Origin: Escherichia phage MirsaeidiM_Esher6
Length of the DNA: 22,558 nt
Sequence record: PQ585404
Direction: 5' to 3' (one strand)
The notes under the pieces were generated by a model that searched no databases, was not told where the DNA came from, and saw only the letters and a program-made list of their open reading frames with translations. Shown piece by piece: positions 16,589 through 22,558 of this stretch (its first letter is position 1; the number at the start of each line of letters is the position of its first letter). A program made the translations under genes and the position numbers.

Positions 16589-17763
16589 TTAGTTGTTGGA
16601 CTCAGCCAGTTTAGCGGCCCTGTTCGCAGCACGAGTACGCGCAGCTTTCTGTTGAGGAGTTAGAGTCTCCTCTTCAGGTGCAGCCGCTACTGTAGCGACG
16701 TTAGGTTGGCTAAAGGTGCTTACGCCGCTGGGCTGAAAACCAGTGCGCCAGCCGCTTCAGGACGCAGACCACCATGACCCATAGCGTATTTACCAACAAT
16801 CAGGTCACCCTGAGCATCTACGTCACGGTCACGTTCCAGCGCCAAGTCACGCAGCTTCACAGTGCCTACAGCAGAACGGTGAGAGAACAGGCCCACAACG
16901 TTGTCCAGAGCAACTTTAACATCACCAGCAGCAGTAGCTGGGAAGGCGTGCTTCTGACCAGTCGCAATAGTGATACCATCGGCACCACGAGTTTCACCAG
17001 CACCACCCTGAGTCAAGTGTGGAACTTCAACAACCACGAAGCCCATTACGTTACGGATGTTACCAGTCTCTGGGTCAATCAGCGCAGCATAGTTAGCAGC
17101 GTTCGGCATCAGAGCCGCGAGGATTGCAGAGTAGTTGTCAGGCGTGGTGTAGAAGTAACGGTCGCCAGCAGGAACGTAGTTGGAGGTCAGCTTCGCACGA
17201 GCAATGGTCAATTGACCAATGATTGCTTCACCCAGTTTAGCCGGGGTGTTGAGGTCAGCTTTCTTACCAACTCCCAGTACGGACGCAGTGCCCAGACCAG
17301 CGATGTTCTCGTTGGATGCATCCGGGAGGTTACACAGGATCGCCATTTCAGCCAGCACCGCACCATCAGCAGCGATAGCCAGAGCTTCGCCCAACTGGTT
17401 GGAATACTCACCAGCCACGTCGTAGTGGTTCATCGCGTCTTCAATGTCGAAAATCATCACATCGGCAGTCAGCAGACCATCAATGGTAATCACTTTCTCG
17501 GTATGCTTGATACCTTTACGCTTATCGGACAGTCGCTCACCAGGAGCCAGATACACACCAGAGGTGCGACCCATGACCGGGAACTGAGCAGACTTACCGT
17601 TCTGAATGGTACGGACAATATGCTTGTCAGCAGTTACAGAGCGGCGAGTGAATGCGGTCAGGACTTCACCAGCAAATACCTTCAGGAACAACGCTAGAGC
17701 GTCGGAACTGGATTTGCCTTTACCTTGGTCTGTACCAATTTTCTGACCCGGAACGTTTGCCAT
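16589..17763 (-). CDS. gp10B: Minor capsid protein 10B, predicted product of a -1 ribosomal frameshift near the end of 10A
   Basis: Slippery G GTT TTC (plus-strand 16735..16741, complement) lies 4 codons before the 10A stop. The -1 frame stays open for 49 codons (GFQPSGVSTFSQPNVATVAAAPEEETLTPQQKAARTRAANRAAKLAESNN) and stops at TAA 16589..16591, immediately before the terminator hairpin. Confidence 0.6.
16720..17763 (-). CDS. gp10A: Major capsid protein 10A (T7 gp10A-like)
   Basis: 347 aa with extensive identity to T7 gp10A (e.g. LALFLKVF.GEVLTAF, KHTEKVITIDGLLTADV, AILAALMPNAANYAALIDPE, RNVMGF.VVEVPHLT.GGAG, KYAMGHGGLRPEAAG). ATG with SD. Confidence 0.95.
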   Translation of the reverse strand: MANVPGQKIGTDQGKGKSSSDALALFLKVFAGEVLTAFTRRSVTADKHIVRTIQNGKSAQFPVMGRTSGVYLAPGERLSDKRKGIKHTEKVITIDGLLTADVMIFDIEDAMNHYDVAGEYSNQLGEALAIAADGAVLAEMAILCNLPDASNENIAGLGTASVLGVGKKADLNTPAKLGEAIIGQLTIARAKLTSNYVPAGDRYFYTTPDNYSAILAALMPNAANYAALIDPETGNIRNVMGFVVVEVPHLTQGGAGETRGADGITIATGQKHAFPATAAGDVKVALDNVVGLFSHRSAVGTVKLRDLALERDRDVDAQGDLIVGKYAMGHGGLRPEAAGALVFSPAA

Positions 17764-17865
17764 ATGATAATTCTCCTATTCAATTGAAAGATAAAGTTTA
17801 TTACTTACTGTATGCCCAATCCGTATGGACTGAAGTAATAGGGGAACCTTGAGTCTGTCTCTTGG

Positions 17866-17888
17866 TCTCCCTATAGTGATAGTTTAGT
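17866..17888 (-). promoter_or_regulatory. Phage RNAP promoter upstream of gene 10 (phi10-like)
   Basis: Minus strand ACTAAACTATCACTATA|GGGAGA, followed by a ~100 nt leader and SD AGGAG before the capsid ATG. Confidence 0.85.
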
Positions 17889-17889
17889 C

Positions 17890-18774
17890 CTACAGGCTTG
17901 AGGCAGCTACCTTAGCGCGAACTTCCATCGTGTACTTAGCGTCACGCAGGTATCGCGGGTCACTCATAGCCTTAACCATGTCAGCCTTGGAGCTGAATGC
18001 TTCGGTCTGAGGAGCCTTAGGTGCGACCACAGGTTTAGCCTGAGTGGTGATGGTACGCTGAGGTTTAACACCCACAGCTTTACCCAGAGTCTTGCCAGCC
18101 AGATTCAGCAGAGCCTTGGTAGTCGCAATGTCCTTACGAACGATAGCAGCTTCCAGTGCTTCACGAGTTGACGGGTCGTTGGACTCAAGATGTGACAGGA
18201 TGCGATTAAACTGTTCAGCACCACCAGCGTAGCGAACCACACCAGCAGCATACTGTTCAGCAAGAGCTTCCTGACCACGGACAAACGAATCTACGAAACG
18301 CTTGGTGTAACCTGCTTCCTGTAACTTAGCGTAGGATGCGTCAGACAGCTTACCGTCCTTGGCGTATTCAGCCTTGATAGCGGTAATTTCATCAGCAGTG
18401 ACCTTGCCAGCTTCTACAGCAGAAGACACCATGTCGTCGAATGCAGCTTCGTTTTCATCCAGAGCGGTGACACTTTCAGTCAGCTCTTTCGGTGCATCAC
18501 CTAGTTCGATGAACTCAGGTTGCTCACCATCGGTCTCAGACTCTTCGTCATCGGACTCGTTGTCTTCATCACCCTCAGTCTCTTCGACGTTCTCGTCTTC
18601 TTCGGTCGCCTCTTCGTTTTCGGCTTCCAGTTGCTTGAAGGTAATAGCGTCATCGCCATCACGAACAGCTACGTCCTGTTCAAGCATAGACTTCTGGTGT
18701 TCGTTCAGGTCCTCAACGGAACCAGTGATTGCATTAGAGCTAACGCCGAACTCGGCATAAACTGATTGAGACAT
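17890..18774 (-). CDS. gp9: Capsid assembly / scaffolding protein (T7 gp9-like)
   Basis: Acidic protein; MSQSVYAEFGV...VAVRDGDDAI... parallels the T7 gp9 N-terminus. The track ORF starts at an upstream GTG (18810); I place the start at ATG 18774 because it has SD AAGGAGA and matches the T7 N-terminus. Confidence 0.85.
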   Translation of the reverse strand: MSQSVYAEFGVSSNAITGSVEDLNEHQKSMLEQDVAVRDGDDAITFKQLEAENEEATEEDENVEETEGDEDNESDDEESETDGEQPEFIELGDAPKELTESVTALDENEAAFDDMVSSAVEAGKVTADEITAIKAEYAKDGKLSDASYAKLQEAGYTKRFVDSFVRGQEALAEQYAAGVVRYAGGAEQFNRILSHLESNDPSTREALEAAIVRKDIATTKALLNLAGKTLGKAVGVKPQRTITTQAKPVVAPKAPQTEAFSSKADMVKAMSDPRYLRDAKYTMEVRAKVAASSL

Positions 18775-18853
18775 TAAGTCATTCTCCTTTAAGTCGTTAA
18801 TAGGAAACACCTGCCTCGTCTAGTTTACTCACCTAGAGTTGGACTTATGGTGT

Positions 18854-18876
18854 TGTTCCTATAGTGATAGTTTAGG
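18854..18876 (-). promoter_or_regulatory. Phage RNAP promoter upstream of gene 9 (phi9-like)
   Basis: Minus strand CCTAAACTATCACTATA|GGAACA. Overlaps the gene 8 stop. Confidence 0.78.
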
Positions 18877-20440
18877 CTTGAGCCATGTCCTCACCAGCTC
18901 CCTGACCTACAGCAGCGCCCATGTTAGCACCAGCAGCACCAGCGCCTTGGACTACAGCCTGTTGAGACGACTGCTCAGCCATGCGCTGAATCTTCTCGTC
19001 TTGCGTCAGGAGTAGGCCAGCGGTGTCGATACCCAGAGCGTTCAGGAGTCGTAGCTTAAGGGTCGGCAAGTTGATGTCCGGGTCCTGAGATAGCGGCTGA
19101 AGACCAGTCATCATGTTAACCGCCTGAGTTAGCTTCTCCAAGTCCTGACCACGACCTAACGCTTCCAGACCAGTGGAGACCGTAGGCTCTACCGCTTCTT
19201 TCGGAAGGTCAGGAATCATGCCAGCAGACTGAAGTTGGTTCATCAGCACACGGACGATAGGTAACTGAAGCTCTTGGGATTGTACTGAGTACACGCCACC
19301 TAAGGTCGCCTCCAGTTCGCCAGCAACATAACGAATCTCTTCAGCAGTGACTCGCTCGGCATTACGCTGAACAGCACTATTAAGAAGGAAGGCCCAACCT
19401 AAACGTTGCTCGATAGCGTCAGCCACCGATTTAGCAATCGTAAAGTCCTGACCTTTCGTCAGTTGCAGGAAGTTGATGTCCTCAACGCGACCAGCCACGA
19501 ACTCACCTGTAGCCGCCTTATTCAGACGACGAGGTTGCGTGATACCGTTCGGGTTAACGAGGCCCACCACCTTGGAGGCTACCTTAGCCATTTTGGTGAT
19601 AGCTTCTGTAATCGTCTCCAGCGAGTTCAGGTCTCCCAGATACTCCTCGCAGTAAGAACGACCATAGTCTTCACCATCCAGTCGAACCATTCGTACCGGG
19701 ATGTATGGACATGCAGTCAGTGGGTAGGAACCATCGGTCCCTGATACCTCAATGCCTTCCACTTCTTCATAGCGCAAATACTCGTCGTCCTGACGGTAGA
19801 TGTGCGTATATACTTCCAGCTCTGTGTCAGGCTCATAGTCGTCTGCGTTGAGTTGTGACTTCACGTCTTCCGGTAGAGCACTAAACGCTACCTTGTCGAG
19901 AGTCACAATCTGTAAGATGTTACCGAAAGCATCACGTTGAACAACGTAGGACACTAAGCGGTACATTCGCATAGGACTGTAGGTTCCCTGTTCAGGCTCT
20001 GGAATGTAGAGAAGACAGTTACCGGAGACTATAAGCTGCTTAAGAGCCTCAAACAATGGCACACGGAAACTGTTTGTCTCCATGTAGGCCATCAACACAC
20101 GCTCGACCATAGCAAGCCCCTCGTCAACACGAGCAGCAGCCTCTGAGTCCTGACTCAAGGTCTTTGCCTCATATTCGGAGACTGTCAGTCGCATCCACGG
20201 TGACTGAGGGAATAATGCCAACATCAGCTTTGCAGCCAAGTTGTTCAAGCAGCGAGCACCCACAGCTTGCCACGGAGTGGTGTACTCAGTAGACGAGTTG
20301 TCGGACTCCTTAGGAAACAGTGACGGGATAGTGACAGCAGCACAGTTCTGAGCGCGTGTCTCATATGGCTGTCTACCGTTCTTCAGTCGGTCATAGACCG
20401 CTTTGGCTCCTTCAGCAGCGAACCCTTCACGTTCAGCCAT
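18872..20440 (-). CDS. gp8: Portal / head-to-tail connector protein (T7 gp8-like)
   Basis: 522 aa (T7 gp8 is 536 aa) at the syntenic position upstream of scaffold and capsid. ATG with SD AAGGAGGTGA. Confidence 0.88.
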   Translation of the reverse strand: MAEREGFAAEGAKAVYDRLKNGRQPYETRAQNCAAVTIPSLFPKESDNSSTEYTTPWQAVGARCLNNLAAKLMLALFPQSPWMRLTVSEYEAKTLSQDSEAAARVDEGLAMVERVLMAYMETNSFRVPLFEALKQLIVSGNCLLYIPEPEQGTYSPMRMYRLVSYVVQRDAFGNILQIVTLDKVAFSALPEDVKSQLNADDYEPDTELEVYTHIYRQDDEYLRYEEVEGIEVSGTDGSYPLTACPYIPVRMVRLDGEDYGRSYCEEYLGDLNSLETITEAITKMAKVASKVVGLVNPNGITQPRRLNKAATGEFVAGRVEDINFLQLTKGQDFTIAKSVADAIEQRLGWAFLLNSAVQRNAERVTAEEIRYVAGELEATLGGVYSVQSQELQLPIVRVLMNQLQSAGMIPDLPKEAVEPTVSTGLEALGRGQDLEKLTQAVNMMTGLQPLSQDPDINLPTLKLRLLNALGIDTAGLLLTQDEKIQRMAEQSSQQAVVQGAGAAGANMGAAVGQGAGEDMAQA

Positions 20441-20451
20441 TCGTCACCTCC

Positions 20452-20700
20452 TTAAATAGAAATACCGCCACCAGAGGTACGAGAGACCTGAAGGCTACGC
20501 TTACCGGAACGCTTCACTTTCTTCTCGTCAGATGCTGTTGCTTCGGTATCCACATCTTCCACTTTATCGTTCGGTACTTCCACTGGCGCTGCTGGGGTCT
20601 GAGCCGCAACAACCTTAGGTGCATCGTCAGAGCCAAGACCCACTGTCCCTAACGTACTTTTCACCACTTTCTTGAGAGCCTTACTGATTGATTTACCCAC
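20452..20700 (-). CDS. gp7.3: Tail/virion protein (T7 gp7.3-like)
   Basis: 82 aa, lysine-rich N-terminus (GKSISKALKKVVKS), C-terminus ...SRTSGGGISI as in T7 gp7.3 (...SGGGINI). Starts at GTG with SD AAGGAG 7 nt upstream. Confidence 0.78.
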   Translation of the reverse strand: MGKSISKALKKVVKSTLGTVGLGSDDAPKVVAAQTPAAPVEVPNDKVEDVDTEATASDEKKVKRSGKRSLQVSRTSGGGISI

Positions 20701-21097
20701 GGTTAATCTCCTTAGTTGTTACGATGTCTACCGACACGGAAACATGCTTGACACGAGAATACCAGCCAAGACCCCAACGCTTGCACTCTTCGTCTATGAT
20801 GTGTCTGACAGTCTCAAGAACCTTGCGGGAGGACTGCGAGTCACGACGAATAGCGACGATTGAAAGGTCAAGACCTGGAGTCGGTCGGTGCCAAGATGCG
20901 GTAGCCAGCATGTAGAGATACGCTACTGGTTGACCTGAGACATCGTAGATTGTGTACTCTTCACCATCGAACTCGTCAGCCATACGGTAAGTATGAGCCT
21001 TGAAGTCCTCGAATGACTTGAAGTTAGACTGCCCGTCTTCCCAGAGGCGGCAAGCGCACATGTGGCGACCTTCGCGTGAGTTGAGATATGGTAGCAT
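20693..21097 (-). CDS. gp7: Virion / host-range protein (T7 gp7-like)
   Basis: 134 aa (T7 gp7 is 133 aa) at the syntenic position between 6.7 and 7.3. Assigned by size and position only. Confidence 0.6.
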   Translation of the reverse strand: MLPYLNSREGRHMCACRLWEDGQSNFKSFEDFKAHTYRMADEFDGEEYTIYDVSGQPVAYLYMLATASWHRPTPGLDLSIVAIRRDSQSSRKVLETVRHIIDEECKRWGLGWYSRVKHVSVSVDIVTTKEINRG

Positions 21098-21101
21098 TGT
21101 C

Positions 21102-21326
21102 TTACCCCATGTTGACGCCAGAGGCTCGCATAGCGCGGCTAACTGACGATTTATCTTTAGGTGCAGACTCCTTCTTGACCTTCAGGTCTTTGATACCTTT
21201 GGTCTCGTTGGTGTCAACATCCGATTCAGCCCCGATGTCAACTGACGCAACTTCCTCACTCAGAGGTGCTGGTTCAGGTGCTTGGACCGAAGGCTTCGGA
21301 GTGCTAATCTTTGGACTGAAACACAT
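21102..21326 (-). CDS. gp6.7: Small virion protein (T7 gp6.7-like)
   Basis: 74 aa beginning MCFSPKISTPK..., as T7 gp6.7 begins MCFSPKIKTPK. SD GGAGGG. Confidence 0.82.
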   Translation of the reverse strand: MCFSPKISTPKPSVQAPEPAPLSEEVASVDIGAESDVDTNETKGIKDLKVKKESAPKDKSSVSRAMRASGVNMG

Positions 21327-21340
21327 AGTCCCTCCTACAG

Positions 21341-21613
21341 TTAATCGAACTGAACGGTATCTTTCAGCTCACGACGCATAGCAATCGCAGAGTCGAGAGT
21401 GTCAGAACAATACTGGAGACCCTTGATGAACCCGGCAATGAACGCATCGCTGTAGCCTTGCTGCTTGAGGAGACTGATAGCTCCCATCTTCTCAGCATAG
21501 CTTGCGTTGAACAATACGTGCAGGAACTGGATGGCAGACTGGGAGATGTTAGGGACATCGAGTCTTTCTTCCTGTAACTGCTTAACAACGTTTTCAATAG
21601 CATTAATCGCCAT
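21341..21613 (-). CDS. gp6.5: Hypothetical protein at the T7 gene 6.5 position
   Basis: 90 aa ORF immediately downstream of a phage promoter, ATG with SD AAGAGGAG. Assigned by synteny and size. Confidence 0.65.
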   Translation of the reverse strand: MAINAIENVVKQLQEERLDVPNISQSAIQFLHVLFNASYAEKMGAISLLKQQGYSDAFIAGFIKGLQYCSDTLDSAIAMRRELKDTVQFD

Positions 21614-21674
21614 CTTGAATCTCCTCTTTAAGTTAAGACTAAAGTCTATCTTATAGTCATATCTTAGGTCCTAA

Positions 21675-21697
21675 AGTCCCTATAGTGATAGTTTAGT
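21675..21697 (-). promoter_or_regulatory. Phage RNAP promoter upstream of gene 6.5 (phi6.5-like)
   Basis: Minus strand ACTAAACTATCACTATA|GGGACT. Confidence 0.82.
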
Positions 21698-21749
21698 GTT
21701 TCACCTATGGATGACTGTTGGATTGATAGGATATGACTATCGGCTAGAC

Positions 21750-21842
21750 TCAGTGTTTAGGGCGGTTGTTCGACCCGAACCACTTGTACATGCAGTAAAG
21801 GGCAAGAAGTCCGACCCAGTAAATTACATGGATGGTGTCCAT
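21750..21842 (-). CDS. Small hydrophobic ORF (30 aa) at the T7 gene 6.3 position
   Basis: Absent from the ORF track. Translation MDTIHVIYWVGLLALYCMYKWFGSNNRPKH. SD AGGAGGT 6 nt upstream of ATG; overlaps the last 19 nt of gene 6 in another frame. Confidence 0.4.
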   Translation of the reverse strand: MDTIHVIYWVGLLALYCMYKWFGSNNRPKH

Positions 21843-22558
21843 AGGATGACCTCCTTGGACTTAGGGTCATAGTCAGATGCTCGACAAATACGAGCGACCT
21901 GAGCTTGGACCAGAAGTTCCTCCTCGGTCATGCCAGCCTTAGCAGCCAGTGTAACCATGCAGTCCCACAGCGTCATGTCTTCACGCTTCGGATACTTCTT
22001 CCACTCAGTCTTAATCTGGCCTTTGTTCTTGCCAGTCTTAAGCTCGCGGCTCTCCTGCACGAAGTAATACGGTTCGTCAAGGAATGCACGAGTGGTGTCC
22101 TCACCCATCCCCGGAATACCGCCGTAGCCATCTGTAGTGTCACCCTTGATGGTCTGCTCCATGTGCCAGTAGTCTGCCTCGGAAGTCGTATGACTCAGGA
22201 TTTCACCAGTGGTTAACCAGAAGAACTCACAGTTCGGGATGGTCTTGAAGTCCTTATCGCAGGACACCAGCACCGCATGGTCGCATCCGACAATCTGAGG
22301 TCTGGTCCCGATGATACCCATACAATCATCACCCTCAAGCGTTGGACGCAGGAAGCTGTTGAACCGTGGGTCATCCATCACTTCGGCTACGAACTTCTTG
22401 TAACCTACAGGCTTGCGAGAACCCTTACGGTTAGCCTTATAGGTAGGCAAAACGTCCTTACGCCAGTTGTTATCATCAGTAAAGCACATCACAATCTTAG
22501 CGTCTTTCCACGCCTTGCGCTTCTTAACGATTTCAGCGATGGTGTTCTCAAGGATACG
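21824..22558 (-). CDS. gp6: 5'-3' exonuclease (T7 gp6-like), N-terminal part lies beyond the window end
   Basis: Translation ...NWRKDVLPTYKANRKG...KPVGY...LEGDDCMGIIG...SCDKDFKTIPNCEFFW...TIKGDTTDGYGGIPG...KAGMTEEE... aligns with T7 gp6. The frame runs open to the window edge. Confidence 0.9.
   Translation of the reverse strand, partial: RILENTIAEIVKKRKAWKDAKIVMCFTDDNNWRKDVLPTYKANRKGSRKPVGYKKFVAEVMDDPRFNSFLRPTLEGDDCMGIIGTRPQIVGCDHAVLVSCDKDFKTIPNCEFFWLTTGEILSHTTSEADYWHMEQTIKGDTTDGYGGIPGMGEDTTRAFLDEPYYFVQESRELKTGKNKGQIKTEWKKYPKREDMTLWDCMVTLAAKAGMTEEELLVQAQVARICRASDYDPKSKEVILWTPSM

Noticed and set aside
16774-17697. 307-aa plus-strand ORF antisense to the major capsid gene
   Set aside because: The translation is low-complexity (S/T/V/Q/R-rich), has no SD, runs against every promoter and the terminator in the window, and is fully covered by a strongly supported capsid gene. 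Long stop-free antisense frames are a common artefact of codon bias.
18359-18765. Two overlapping plus-strand ORFs (133 and 81 aa) antisense to the scaffold gene
   Set aside because: Serine-rich or hydrophobic low-complexity products mirroring the acidic repeat region of gp9; antisense artefact.
1-22558. CRISPR arrays, tRNA genes, transposases or integrases
   Set aside because: No direct-repeat/spacer periodicity, no tRNA-like cloverleaf candidates and no transposase or integrase-like ORFs were seen.

Overview
This window is the late (structural, lysis and packaging) region of a T7-like podovirus (Autographiviridae), with every gene on the minus strand. Reading the minus strand from the high-coordinate end, the order is the canonical T7 one: gene 6 exonuclease (5' part off-window), a 6.3-like small ORF, 6.5, 6.7, 7, 7.3, 8 portal, 9 scaffold, 10A/10B major capsid, 11 and 12 tail tubular proteins, 13, 14, 15, 16 internal virion proteins, 17 tail fiber, 17.5 holin, 18 small terminase, 18.5/18.7 spanins, and 19 large terminase (3' end off-window). 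Calls were made by reading the translations against remembered T7 proteins; no database search was run. Five copies of a phage-RNAP promoter (minus-strand consensus ACTAAACTATCACTATAGG) and a T-phi-like terminator after the capsid gene are visible. The tail fiber (1064 aa) has a T7-like N-terminal adaptor fused to an endosialidase-type catalytic region and a C-terminal self-cleaving chaperone domain, which is most consistent with coliphage K1F or a close relative. I do not see a novel defence or anti-defence system here. The points worth a second look are three unlisted small ORFs, a conserved -1 frameshift site for capsid 10B, an atypical N-terminus of gp16, and possible mosaicism of the tail-fiber gene.
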